Shown: in pieces, positions 1-9,761 of the stretch
Layout of the letters: every line of letters begins with the position of its first letter
Numbering within the stretch: position 1 is the stretch's first letter
Source: Candidatus Curtissbacteria bacterium
Lineage (GTDB): Bacteria; Patescibacteriota; Microgenomatia; Curtissbacterales; GWA2-41-24
Assembly (NCBI GenBank): GCA_030647775.1
Contig: JAUSJC010000010.1
Span: forward strand, 200,718-264,717
DNA: 64,000 nucleotides
Reading direction: 5' to 3'
The notes under the pieces: generated by a model
Seen by the model: the letters and a program-made list of their open reading frames with translations, nothing else
The model's database searches: none
Told to the model about the DNA's origin: nothing
Position numbers and translations under genes: made by a program

Positions 1-74
1 GGCGCGAGATTCGGCAGTAAAATGGCAAAAACAGCCACAAATGTTAAAACTTTTTTCCAAAAAATAGTACCCAT
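1..74 (-). CDS. 5' end of a secreted/membrane protein running off the window
   Basis: Manual translation MGTIFWKKVLTFVAVFAILLPNLA..., signal-peptide-like; divergent from the nuclease gene. Confidence 0.5.
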   Translation of the reverse strand, partial: MGTIFWKKVLTFVAVFAILLPNLA

Positions 75-186
75 AGAATTAGCAAAAAGCCATCAAAATG
101 GCCTCATATTGTACCAAAAAACATATCAGAAAGCAAACCTATAGGATTACAGTGAAATAATCGTATGATGGTATAATTTAGTAGAT

Positions 187-969
187 TTGAAAAAGTTTGT
201 GCCTCTATTCTTTTCTGGGCTATTTATCATTTTTGGACTTTTATTGATTACTTTCCCTTTTGAAAAAAATCGTGCGGGTCTTGAGTCAACACTAACTAAA
301 AACCAACCTCAAGTTGCATCTGCAAGTGATTCCTCCCAGCTCTCACGTGAGATCAAAAACACCCAAGAAGCCAAGGTCGCAAGGGTCATCGACGGCGATA
401 CGATTGAACTCGAAGACGGTCAAAGAGTCCGCTATATTGGCATTGATACACCGGAGACAGTTGATCCCCGAAAACCGGTTCAGTGTTTCGGTAGGGAAGC
501 GTCAAATAAAAATAAAGAATTAGTAGAAAGTAAAACCGTTCGCTTAGAAAAAGACGTATCCGAGACCGATAAATACGGCAGGTTCTTGAGATATGTGTAC
601 GTTGAAGATGCTTTCGTCAACGATTTCTTAGTCCGCCAAGGTTTTGCTCATTCATCATCTTATCCTCCGGACATCAAACATCAACAGCAGTTTCAGCAAG
701 CCGAAAAAGAAGCTCAAGAAAACAACCGTGGTCTTTGGGCCGGATGCAATTCCCCGTCCACACCAACAACTCAGGCAACTCCTAGTCAGCAGGCTCCGGA
801 TCCGAACTGCGTCATCAAGGGCAATATTTCATCAACCGGTGAGAAAATCTACCATATGCCAGGACAAAATTATTACAATAAAACGCGAATCGACACATCA
901 AAAGGCGAAAAATGGTTCTGCACAGAAGACGAAGCGGTTGCCGCCGGCTGGCGAAAATCAAAACTATAA
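187..969 (+). CDS. Thermonuclease (SNase-like) family protein with N-terminal anchor and C-terminal small domain
   Basis: VIDGDTI, RYIGIDTPE, DKYGRFLRYVY motifs; C-terminal CVIKGNIS..KIYH..EKWFCTEDEA. Confidence 0.9.
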   Translation: MKKFVPLFFSGLFIIFGLLLITFPFEKNRAGLESTLTKNQPQVASASDSSQLSREIKNTQEAKVARVIDGDTIELEDGQRVRYIGIDTPETVDPRKPVQCFGREASNKNKELVESKTVRLEKDVSETDKYGRFLRYVYVEDAFVNDFLVRQGFAHSSSYPPDIKHQQQFQQAEKEAQENNRGLWAGCNSPSTPTTQATPSQQAPDPNCVIKGNISSTGEKIYHMPGQNYYNKTRIDTSKGEKWFCTEDEAVAAGWRKSKL

Positions 970-2010
970 ATGAAATCTAATTTATCAAAAATTCTTTTAT
1001 TGATTATTGTTCTATATTCAGTGCACCTATCAACCCTTCTTTTCAAAAACTATCAAGGCGTCGACCTCTCGGAACCAATATTCGGTACTTACAGAAGTGA
1101 CGAAAAGATATTTTTAAAAACATATTATTTGGTTAAATCCGGTCATAGTTATTACGACTCGTTTCAAAGCGCATCGGCAAATGACTACGCCAATCTTAAA
1201 CTCGGATCAGACGTTTTCACCTGGAGACTGCCAACAGCTTTTTACATATGGTCTCTCACAACTACAAACGGTTATCAGATACTTGCAGAGTATTGGGTCT
1301 TGGCCATTCTGTTTTTAGTTAGCGTTTTCTTAATTATCAAAAAACTTGCCACCGTCAACGCTGGCCTATTATCAGTTCTCCTCGTCTTGCCATATTTTGC
1401 GGGCAACCTTTCTTATAAAACGTCTTTCTTATTTATAGAATGGTGGGCCCTGTTTTTCTTTACTTTTGGCCTAACATTTTTCTTTTACAAGAAATTTGTC
1501 CCCGCGTGGATTTTATTTTTTGTCGCGATAGCGATCAGAGAACTTATGATAATTCCCATATTGGCGTTTTTGATTCTATCGCTCCTGTTAAAGAAAAATC
1601 GAATCTTCTTTGCAACTCTTATTTTATTTTCTTTAATAATTTTTGTTCTGCATGCCCACTTTGTACTTTCCCGTTTTCCAGATACGCCTCAAACATCCAC
1701 AATTCTTTCTCGTTTCCACACGCCAGACAAGCAAAGTCTCCTTACAATGATTTCTTTCTCGATGCAAAATTATCCGCTGACGAAGTATAGAATCAATTTA
1801 TTATTAATAGTTCTTGCTTTTATAAGTCTCTTGGCAAACATCAAGGAAAAAGGAATCAGCGAGAAGCTATATTATTATTTAGCACCCTGGAGCATGCTTC
1901 TTACTTTCCCTTTTATCACGACAACCCTTTACAATGATTATTGGGGAATCCTATTTATGCCACTTTTAATCTCAACAGTATCGTCATTATTTTCAAAACA
2001 AAAAACCTGA
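970..2010 (+). CDS. Polytopic membrane protein, possible GT-C glycosyltransferase
   Basis: Many hydrophobic helices; SDE motif in first loop. Confidence 0.55.
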   Translation: MKSNLSKILLLIIVLYSVHLSTLLFKNYQGVDLSEPIFGTYRSDEKIFLKTYYLVKSGHSYYDSFQSASANDYANLKLGSDVFTWRLPTAFYIWSLTTTNGYQILAEYWVLAILFLVSVFLIIKKLATVNAGLLSVLLVLPYFAGNLSYKTSFLFIEWWALFFFTFGLTFFFYKKFVPAWILFFVAIAIRELMIIPILAFLILSLLLKKNRIFFATLILFSLIIFVLHAHFVLSRFPDTPQTSTILSRFHTPDKQSLLTMISFSMQNYPLTKYRINLLLIVLAFISLLANIKEKGISEKLYYYLAPWSMLLTFPFITTTLYNDYWGILFMPLLISTVSSLFSKQKT

Positions 2011-2013
2011 AAA

Positions 2014-3534
2014 ATGCTAGCCAAAGTTACCTCCGCAGCTGTTGTTGGTTTAGATGCCGTTCCTATTACCGTTGAGGTCGATATTGCTTCCCAGGGGTTA
2101 CCAAGTTTTACCATAGTCGGTCTTCCCGATAAAGCCGTTGAAGAATCAAAGGAAAGAGTTAGGGCCGCGCTTAAAAACAGCGGTGCCGATATCCCCCCAA
2201 AAAGGATAACGGTCAATCTTGCCCCGGCAGACTTACCAAAAGAAGGCCCCGCCTATGATCTTCCAATCGCCCTCGGTATTCTAATAGCCAGTGAACAATT
2301 AAAAGCGGATGTCGAAGACTCAATTTTTATTGGCGAACTTTCTCTTGACGGGTCACTGCGCCGAATTTGGGGCGTTTTGCCCTGTACCCTTATGGCCCGC
2401 GACAAAAATTTTAGTAATATTTTCCTTCCTCCGGATAATACTGGAGAAGCCGGGGCTGTCGATAAAATCAGCATTATTGCCCCAAAAAACTTACGCCAGC
2501 TTTTTGATCATTTTGCCACAGACACCAAGATTCCACCTCTAAAATTTAAAAAACAAATCTTTAAAAATATTATTGACGAAGACTTTGATTTTGAAAATAT
2601 TTTAGGGCAGGAAAATGCCAAACGCGCCCTAACTATTGCCGCCGCCGGCGGTCACAACATTTTAATGAAAGGTCCACCCGGAGCCGGCAAAACTCTTATG
2701 GCCAGAAGCTTCACGACTATCCTGCCCAGGTTAACTTTTGATGAAAGCCTTGAGGTGACAAAAATTTATTCTGTTGCCAACCTCTTAAATGCCGAAACCC
2801 CCCAAGTCCTGTCACGTCCGATTCGTAGCCCTCACCATACCACAAGCCATATTGGCTTAATCGGCGGCGGTAATATCCCGCGCCCCGGAGAAATTTCGCT
2901 TGCCCACCGTGGAGTTTTGTTTTTAGACGAATTGCCGGAATTCCCAAGACAAGTCCTCGAAGCCTTAAGACAGCCGATGGAAGATGGGCATATTACCATT
3001 TCCCGTGCCGCCGGGTCTGTCAAATTTCCCTGCCGTTTTACTCTGGTTGCCGCCGCCAACCCCTGTCCTTGCGGCTTTTTTGGTGACGAAACTAGAAATT
3101 GTGTTTGTGCTCCAAGCGCCATCACCCGTTATCAAAAAAGGATCTCCGGTCCAATCTTGGACAGAATCGATATCCATATCACGGTCCCGGCAGTCAAAGT
3201 GGAAAAGCTGACAGGGCAAACAAGGGGAGAGTCAAGCGCAAAGATTCAGGCCCGTGTCCAAAAAGCCCGCGCCCTTCAAGAAAAAAGATTTAAGAATCTG
3301 GCTATTGCCTCAAATGCTGAAATGTCGGCAAAACTGATGAAAAAATATTGTAATCTCGACGATCAGTCAATTCTGCTTTTGAAACAGGCTATTTCCAAAC
3401 TCAATCTTTCCGCCCGTTCATTTCATAGAGTCATTAAAATTGCCCGGACCATCGCCGACCTTGAAGCGTCAATCAAAATAAAATCCAATCATGTTGCAGA
3501 AGCGCTTCAATATCGTCCTGCTGCTGATATTTAA
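2014..3534 (+). CDS. comM: YifB/ComM Mg-chelatase-like AAA+ ATPase
   Basis: IVGLPD, GPPGAGKT Walker A, LFLDELPEF, NPCPCG, VAEALQYR. Confidence 0.95.
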   Translation: MLAKVTSAAVVGLDAVPITVEVDIASQGLPSFTIVGLPDKAVEESKERVRAALKNSGADIPPKRITVNLAPADLPKEGPAYDLPIALGILIASEQLKADVEDSIFIGELSLDGSLRRIWGVLPCTLMARDKNFSNIFLPPDNTGEAGAVDKISIIAPKNLRQLFDHFATDTKIPPLKFKKQIFKNIIDEDFDFENILGQENAKRALTIAAAGGHNILMKGPPGAGKTLMARSFTTILPRLTFDESLEVTKIYSVANLLNAETPQVLSRPIRSPHHTTSHIGLIGGGNIPRPGEISLAHRGVLFLDELPEFPRQVLEALRQPMEDGHITISRAAGSVKFPCRFTLVAAANPCPCGFFGDETRNCVCAPSAITRYQKRISGPILDRIDIHITVPAVKVEKLTGQTRGESSAKIQARVQKARALQEKRFKNLAIASNAEMSAKLMKKYCNLDDQSILLLKQAISKLNLSARSFHRVIKIARTIADLEASIKIKSNHVAEALQYRPAADI

Positions 3535-3546
3535 AGCGCTTCAAAA

Positions 3547-3566
3547 CCCTGAGTGAAATCGAAGGG
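3547..3566. repeat. Family A palindromic micro-element
   Basis: ccctgagtgaaatcgaaggg. Confidence 0.85.
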
Positions 3567-3624
3567 TCGCCGAGGCACTTCAATACCGTCCGCAAATCGA
3601 AAATTAATCTGATAAAATATACTT

Positions 3625-4245
3625 ATGAAGAAAATCATCATTCTGTTGGTTGCTTCAGTTATCATAATTTTGATCGGGCTTATTTGGTACGCCATCAATA
3701 TCTCTTTCAATCAAGTTCGGCCGGCTACTGCCGAAATTAACAAAAATATCGTCAAAGATCTATCTAAGATCGTCCGTATCCCCGAAGGGATTGCGCCGCC
3801 GATGCAGGATTTTAATCAAACCATTTATTCATGGGAAATGGAAACGCCTGCGGGAGAGGTAACAGGTATTACTTTTAAGTACACGCCATCATTTGCCAGA
3901 AAAGATGACAAAATCATCGCGACTTTAGAAATGCCCGAAAACGGTGACCCGAGTATTTTTAATAAGGTTCTTGAAGCAATTATTGTCGACGAACAGTCAC
4001 TGGCAGCTGCCCGTGATCCCCAAAAAGCGAATCTTGGTGCAAACGGGAAAAGCGGTTACAACTCGATCAAACTGGCCGTTTCGCCAAAATCCGGGCAAAC
4101 GACAAACATTACCTGGGAATTTGAAAAGAAAACCCTTTCCAAAGAATTAAATAGCTCCTATGACCAAATTAATAAAATCCCCAGTTTCGCCTTGAATTTT
4201 TTGTATGGACTACCGGGTTTTATCATTGGTTTACTAAAAGGATAA
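3625..4245 (+). CDS. Hypothetical protein with N-terminal TM anchor
   Basis: 206-aa ORF, hydrophobic N-terminus. Confidence 0.7.
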   Translation: MKKIIILLVASVIIILIGLIWYAINISFNQVRPATAEINKNIVKDLSKIVRIPEGIAPPMQDFNQTIYSWEMETPAGEVTGITFKYTPSFARKDDKIIATLEMPENGDPSIFNKVLEAIIVDEQSLAAARDPQKANLGANGKSGYNSIKLAVSPKSGQTTNITWEFEKKTLSKELNSSYDQINKIPSFALNFLYGLPGFIIGLLKG

Positions 4246-4282
4246 CCAAATTAAACTCGGCTTGAAAGAAGATTTTTGAAGT

Positions 4283-4335
4283 AGAAAAAACCCCCGGAGA
4301 CAATTCTGAAGCCAAAATTATCGTGGGGTTTTTTC
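4283..4335. terminator. Bidirectional hairpin/terminator between convergent genes
   Basis: agaaaaaaacccc ... ggggttttttct inverted repeat. Confidence 0.5.
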
Positions 4336-4425
4336 TTTTACTCGCAACCCGATTTTTCAAAAGGGTCGAAAGCAGTATCTACATTGAAAATCAACCACCG
4401 CGTCAAACGCGGTAGGCTAGTTTGA

Positions 4426-4566
4426 CTAGCCACCAATCTTGAACATGGTCGTACCGCAAACTGGGCACTTACCTTTTGAAGCTGGTTTGCCGTTTTTCAT
4501 TGTTACTTTTTGAGCATTGGGATCATCTCTCTTTGCGCGGCACTTAACACAATACATTGTAGTCAT
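4426..4566 (-). CDS. Small zinc-ribbon protein (DUF5679-like), 46 aa, not in ORF track
   Basis: MTTMYCVKCRAKRDDPNAQKVTMKNGKPASKGKCPVCGTTMFKIGG; two CxxC; strong AGGAGGTGA SD upstream. Confidence 0.85.
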   Translation of the reverse strand: MTTMYCVKCRAKRDDPNAQKVTMKNGKPASKGKCPVCGTTMFKIGG

Positions 4567-4665
4567 TCTAGTTAATCACCTCCTTTTGGCAGAGAAGTTT
4601 TAAAGAAGTCTGCTTTAGCGTCAAAGCTAAATTAGCTTCAATTAGCCTCAACCATAGCATAGGCT

Positions 4666-4905
4666 TTAAGCTAGTGTCAAGCGTAGCATTATTTGAGCTG
4701 CAAGAATAAATGCGCTGATTATAATAATTTTTAAAAGATCGCCTCTTAAATATGAAAGGTTTTCTCCTGTGGTAACCTGTTTTTTATAGCCGGCGTCGTT
4801 TTTAAATTCTTCTTCCGCCGAGTCGATAATCTTAATCGCGCCTTCGTTAAAGACAAAATGGCGCATGCCGGCTTTCAGTTTTCTCTTTTTAGTTTTAAAA
4901 GGCAT
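4666..4905 (-). CDS. Hypothetical small protein with C-terminal TM helix
   Basis: Basic N-terminus, hydrophobic C-terminus. Confidence 0.65.
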   Translation of the reverse strand: MPFKTKKRKLKAGMRHFVFNEGAIKIIDSAEEEFKNDAGYKKQVTTGENLSYLRGDLLKIIIISAFILAAQIMLRLTLA

Positions 4906-5040
4906 TTTTCTCTTAAATAATGTAAAATATTATTTAAAGCATCTTAGCACAAACACTCTTCCGAAAAGCCGAACCATTGACAAGCGAAAGCAGCAAGTGG
5001 TAAAAGAGTGGGTACCAATATTATCCAAAGTTAACAGTGG

Positions 5041-5529
5041 ATGGAAAAACTTCAGCTTGTCGATTATTTTTTGGGAGCCATTCTTGTTTGGTTAGTAGTT
5101 TTGAGCGTTTATTTCATAAAGGTACTTAGGTCATGGAATAAACTGACAAGAAGCGGTAAAGATCTAAATCTGCAGGGGATCTTAGAAAATATCATTGGGA
5201 ACCAGCAGTCCATTAACAAAAAAGTCGATATTCTTGGAGAAGAAATCAAAAGGCTGCAAGGGGAGAGCAAAAATTATTTTCAAAAGCACGCACTAATTCG
5301 CTTCAATCCTTTTGAAGATACCGGTGGGGATCAGAGTTTTATTGTTGCGCTCATGACAGGTGTCAACAATGGCTTTGTTATTTCATCTTTGCACTCTAGA
5401 AACGGGACAAGGGTGTATGCCAAACAGATTGCCGGTGCCAAGGCATCTGGCAATGAACTGTCAAAAGAGGAAAAAGAGGTAGTTGAAAAAGCTGCCAAGA
5501 GCCGGGGAGAACCGATTGACAAAAATTAA
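5041..5529 (+). CDS. DUF4446-like membrane-anchored protein
   Basis: RFNPFEDTGGDQSF, SSLHSR..TRVYAK motifs. Confidence 0.8.
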   Translation: MEKLQLVDYFLGAILVWLVVLSVYFIKVLRSWNKLTRSGKDLNLQGILENIIGNQQSINKKVDILGEEIKRLQGESKNYFQKHALIRFNPFEDTGGDQSFIVALMTGVNNGFVISSLHSRNGTRVYAKQIAGAKASGNELSKEEKEVVEKAAKSRGEPIDKN

Positions 5530-5554
5530 ATGATAAATAAACAAAAGTTTTTCT

Positions 5555-6685
5555 GTGAATAAAAAAGTATTATTGGTTATTGCGGGAGCCCTTGTCCTGT
5601 ACGCTGCTTCAGCCGGCGTTTCTTATTTGGTTTTTAATTCCATAAAGGGGCCGATTAATATAACTACCCCGTTTGGGAGCCTTACGGATATTACTTCCAT
5701 TTCAGAAGAAGGGGCAAAAGACCAGGCGTGCCCTCTAAATGGGGCTCTTTATACTAAAACCAGAAAAGACGCATGGGAAAAAAGAAGGCCGCTTGGGGTA
5801 ATGATCGAAAACCACCTCGATGCAAGGCCCATAATCGGGCTTTCGCGCGCCGACGTTATCTATGAAGCTGTCGCGGAAGGCGGAATTCCCCGTCAGCTGG
5901 CAATGTATCTGTGTCAGGATGCCGGAGATATCGCACCCATCAGAAGCGCCAGAACCTATTATGTCGATTGGCTTTCCGAATATGATGGGCTTTATTCTCA
6001 TGTCGGCGGAGCAAATGATTCCGGAGGCGATATCAACCCCAAAGCAGACGCCTTAGGCCAAATTAGAAAATATGGGATACGCGATATGGACCAATTCGGC
6101 TTGGGCTTCCCAACCTACTGGCGCGGGACAGATCGGCTTGCGCCTCATAATGTCCATTCTACAACGACAAAACTTTGGCAGGCAGCTGCGGATAGAAACT
6201 GGGGCCCCACAGACGATAACGGTGTAAGGTGGGACAAAAACTTCACGATTTGGAAATTTAAAGATGACGCTTCTCTTGAAGCGAGAGGTAACCAAAAACC
6301 GATTGCCGTCCCATTTTGGCTGAGCCAGCCGGAGTATACCCAAACGTGGCAATACGACAAAACCGCCAACGTTTACAAAAAATACTATGGAACTGAAGCG
6401 GCAGTCGACCCGCTTACAAAAGAAAATTTAGCACCCAAAAATCTGATAGTTCAGTTTGAAGTTGAGACCCAAACCCAGGATAAAGACGGCCATCTTTTAT
6501 ATGGTACAACCGGGTCTGGCAACGCTTTAATATTCATGGACGGTAATGTTACCCGCGGAACATGGAACAAAAAAGACCGGATAAGCCGCACAATCTATAA
6601 AGATGCCGGCGGGAAAGAAATTGCTTTTGACAGGGGACAAATTTGGATCGAAATAGTCCCTGTCGGAAATACGGTCACGTACTAA
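5555..6685 (+). CDS. DUF3048 (YerB-like) surface protein
   Basis: RPLGVMIEN, ADVIYEAVAEGG, PIRSARTY, APHN. Confidence 0.85.
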   Translation: MNKKVLLVIAGALVLYAASAGVSYLVFNSIKGPINITTPFGSLTDITSISEEGAKDQACPLNGALYTKTRKDAWEKRRPLGVMIENHLDARPIIGLSRADVIYEAVAEGGIPRQLAMYLCQDAGDIAPIRSARTYYVDWLSEYDGLYSHVGGANDSGGDINPKADALGQIRKYGIRDMDQFGLGFPTYWRGTDRLAPHNVHSTTTKLWQAAADRNWGPTDDNGVRWDKNFTIWKFKDDASLEARGNQKPIAVPFWLSQPEYTQTWQYDKTANVYKKYYGTEAAVDPLTKENLAPKNLIVQFEVETQTQDKDGHLLYGTTGSGNALIFMDGNVTRGTWNKKDRISRTIYKDAGGKEIAFDRGQIWIEIVPVGNTVTY

Positions 6686-6740
6686 GTCTGCCTGTTTACC
6701 CCGCTAAGGCGGGGCCGGATATCAGCCTGCCCATAAAATT

Positions 6741-7319
6741 ATGTTGATAGATCTTTTAATTTCTAAAGTCAGAGTCAAGGTTCTCGAACTCTTTTTGGGT
6801 AATCCGGACCAGTCCTATCACGTCCGCGATATTGTCAGGCGTGTCGAAGAGGAAATCAACGCCGTAAGGCGTGAGCTGGCCAGGATGGAAAAAATTGGTT
6901 TTTTGGCAAGCGAATGGCGCGCAAACCGCAGGTTCTACTCCGTAAAAAAAGACTTTATCTTCTATTGGGAATTGTTATCAATTATTAATAAGCAATCAGG
7001 CCTCGGCGGCCAAATTATCAAAAACCGCGGCAAACTCGGCAAAATTAAATACGCTATGCTTTCGGGTTCCTTCGTCCGCGGCAAACCGTATAGCCAGAAC
7101 GAAGTCGATCTTTTCATAGTCGGTACAATTATTCTGCCGGAACTGGGCAGTTTAGTTCGTGAAGAGGAAACCAGGCGTGACCGTGAAATTAACTTTACAC
7201 CCATGACAGAAGAAGAATTTAGTTTCCGCAAAAACAGGCGCGATCCGTTTATCATGGGAATCCTTTCCAAGCCCCGGGTTATGTTAATCGGGGAAGAAGA
7301 GGAAATGGTAAAGTTGTAA
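6741..7319 (+). CDS. Winged-HTH plus minimal nucleotidyltransferase-like regulator
   Basis: HTH (YHVRDIVR..NAVRREL) and GSF..EVDLFIVG. Confidence 0.75.
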   Translation: MLIDLLISKVRVKVLELFLGNPDQSYHVRDIVRRVEEEINAVRRELARMEKIGFLASEWRANRRFYSVKKDFIFYWELLSIINKQSGLGGQIIKNRGKLGKIKYAMLSGSFVRGKPYSQNEVDLFIVGTIILPELGSLVREEETRRDREINFTPMTEEEFSFRKNRRDPFIMGILSKPRVMLIGEEEEMVKL

Positions 7320-7320
7320 A

Positions 7321-7373
7321 CCCTGAGCGAACGAAGTGAGTCGAAGGGCTATAGTCCTGAGCTTGTCGAAGGG
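7321..7373. repeat. Two family A micro-elements
   Basis: ccctgagcgaacgaagtgagtcgaaggg and cctgagcttgtcgaaggg. Confidence 0.85.
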
Positions 7374-7412
7374 CTCTAACCTTCTGAACTACTAATCTGC
7401 TAAAATCTTTCT

Positions 7413-7465
7413 TAGGCCCGCAGTTCTGAGTGAAGTCGAAGGACGAGGACCGCATGGCTTTGTAT
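7413..7465 (+). repeat. Family D leader element with nested family A, in the secD 5' UTR
   Basis: taggcccgca[gttctgagtgaagtcgaaggac]gaggaccgcatggctttgtat. Confidence 0.8.
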
Positions 7466-7466
7466 C

Positions 7467-8783
7467 ATGTCAAAACACCCGAGGCGTATTCTCTTTTTTA
7501 TCATCATCCTCGTTCTAGCCGCCGTTTATATCGACCTGCCAAAATTCTCCTGGAAAGGCATCAACTTTTCCCATAACCCGAAAGTTACCAATTTTATAAA
7601 AAGGGACCTTGAACCAAAGCTGGGCTTAGATCTTGCCGGCGGCGTGCAATTAACGATGTCTGCCGATATGAGCGGCGTGTCCGCCCAAGACCGTGACAGT
7701 GCTCTGGAGAGCGCTAAAAATGTCATCGAAAACAGAGTTAACGCCCTTGGAGTTGCCGAGCCGGTCATTCAAACTGCCAAAACAGGCGGCCAATACCGTT
7801 TAATCGTTGAACTTGCCGGACTTAAAAATATCGACGAAGCAGTTGCCACTGTTAAAAAAACGGCCCATTTGGAATTTAAGACTCTCAAGAAAGATATACC
7901 CCCGGAAGCAACTCAGTCGGCAGACTTAATACCCGATAGTTACGAAAGTTCAGGCTTAACAGGGAAAGATTTAACAAGGGCAATCGCCCAGCCCAGCACA
8001 GACCCGAGTAGCCCCGGTTATGTTGTTAGTCTCCAGTTTAGCAGTGACGGTGCTAAAAAACTGGCGGAAATCACAAAAGATAATCTTAGCAAACCCATGG
8101 CGATGTTCTTGGATGACCTTCCTATTTCCTGGCCGCCGCCGAGAATCCAATCCGTAATTTCCGACGGTAACGCCCAAATTACCGGCAATTTTGATTCCAA
8201 TTCGGCAAAACAGTTAGCCATTCAGCTTAACGCCGGCGCGCTTCCTATTCCCTTAAAAATTGAAAGCCAAACCAGAGTCGGTCCAACTCTTGGTCTTGTG
8301 GCAGTCCAAAAAAGTATTCTGGCCGCCGCAATTGGTATTGCCTCCGTCATCATTTTTATGATTGCCTATTACCGCCTGCTTGGAATCTTTGCCGCGCTTG
8401 CCCTTTTAATCTACACACTACTTGTCTTTGCTCTTTTCAAATTAATTCCTGTAACCCTGACTCTTGCCGGTATCGCCGGGTTCATTCTTTCTATTGGCAT
8501 GGCAGTCGATGCTAACATCTTAATTTTTGAAAGGATGAAAGAAGAACGCCGTTGGGGTAAGCCCAAGCTTGAAGCATTTTACAGCGGTTTTGAAAGGGCC
8601 TGGTCTTCCATCCGTGATTCAAATGTTTCATCCTTGATTACAACAGCCGTCCTTTTCCAGTTTGGTACCGGCTCAATCCGCGGTTTTGCCTTGACTCTAG
8701 CCATCGGAATTTTAGTTTCCATGTTTAGCGCCGTAACCGTAACCAGAACACTACTGCGATTATTTTGGGCGAGACAAGCATGA
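7467..8783 (+). CDS. secD: Protein translocase subunit SecD
   Basis: KLGLDLAGG, RVNALGVAEP, AGALP, GMAVDANILIFER. Confidence 0.97.
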   Translation: MSKHPRRILFFIIILVLAAVYIDLPKFSWKGINFSHNPKVTNFIKRDLEPKLGLDLAGGVQLTMSADMSGVSAQDRDSALESAKNVIENRVNALGVAEPVIQTAKTGGQYRLIVELAGLKNIDEAVATVKKTAHLEFKTLKKDIPPEATQSADLIPDSYESSGLTGKDLTRAIAQPSTDPSSPGYVVSLQFSSDGAKKLAEITKDNLSKPMAMFLDDLPISWPPPRIQSVISDGNAQITGNFDSNSAKQLAIQLNAGALPIPLKIESQTRVGPTLGLVAVQKSILAAAIGIASVIIFMIAYYRLLGIFAALALLIYTLLVFALFKLIPVTLTLAGIAGFILSIGMAVDANILIFERMKEERRWGKPKLEAFYSGFERAWSSIRDSNVSSLITTAVLFQFGTGSIRGFALTLAIGILVSMFSAVTVTRTLLRLFWARQA

Positions 8784-8835
8784 GAAGCGGGTGGCACGAC
8801 AGGAAGGAAAGTCGTGACAGGACCCGCAAAATAAA

Positions 8836-9726
8836 ATGAACATTATTAAATACAGGAATTGGTTTTTTGCTTTATCACTGGCCATTATTATTCCCGGCCT
8901 TATTGCGCTTGCCCTGTGGCACCTAAAACCCGGAATTGATTTTTCCGGAGGGACTCTTTGGGAAGTAAAAACAAACACTGCGCCCAAAAATCTTCAGGAC
9001 TTTATATCCAAAAATGGAGTAGAGGTATCACAAGTCACCAAAACAAGCCAGGGATCAATTCTTTTGCGCCTTAAAGTCACGGATGACGCAAAGATCAAAG
9101 AGATCAAAGATAAAGTATCTTCAAACATCGGCCCATTTGAAGAAGTAAGGTTAGAAACTGTCGGGCCGGTTATTTCCAAAGAGCTTACTCAAAAAGCCGC
9201 TCTTGCTGTCGGTATTGCGCTTTTAGGTATCGTGCTTTACGTAACTTGGGCTTTTAGAAAATTGGCCAAACCCGCTTCGCCAATTGCTTTTGGGGTATGT
9301 ACAATTATTGCCCTTATCCACGACATCATTGTCGTTGTCGGTATCTTTGCAATTCTTGGTCACTTTTTCGGTGTCGAAGTCGACTCGCTTTTTATTACGG
9401 CCCTTTTGACAGTTCTTGGTTTTTCCGTCCACGATACGATTGTAGTTTTTGATAGGATCCGCGAGAATTTAAGAAAGCACAGTGATTATTCTTTTGAAGA
9501 AGTTGTTAATCACTCACTCCTGCAAACCATTGGCCGTTCTCTCAACACATCATTAACCGTAGTTTTTGTTCTCCTGGCGCTTCTCCTTTTCGGCGGCGAG
9601 TCGATAAAAACTTTCGTCTTAGCGCTTCTAATCGGCATTATTTCCGGGACCTATTCCTCCATCTTCAATGCCGCCCCGCTCCTCGTCGTCTGGTCGGAGT
9701 TTATTAAAAATAAACGCAGATCCTGA
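8836..9726 (+). CDS. secF: Protein translocase subunit SecF
   Basis: GIDFSGG, GFSVHDTIVVFDRIRE, GTYSSIF. Confidence 0.97.
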   Translation: MNIIKYRNWFFALSLAIIIPGLIALALWHLKPGIDFSGGTLWEVKTNTAPKNLQDFISKNGVEVSQVTKTSQGSILLRLKVTDDAKIKEIKDKVSSNIGPFEEVRLETVGPVISKELTQKAALAVGIALLGIVLYVTWAFRKLAKPASPIAFGVCTIIALIHDIIVVVGIFAILGHFFGVEVDSLFITALLTVLGFSVHDTIVVFDRIRENLRKHSDYSFEEVVNHSLLQTIGRSLNTSLTVVFVLLALLLFGGESIKTFVLALLIGIISGTYSSIFNAAPLLVVWSEFIKNKRRS

Positions 9727-9739
9727 GTTTATCGAAGGG
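9722..9739. repeat. Family A micro-element supplying the secF stop codon
   Basis: cctgagtttatcgaaggg overlaps the TGA at 9724-9726. Confidence 0.8.
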
Positions 9740-9761
9740 CAACAATTCAAAAATAAATAAG

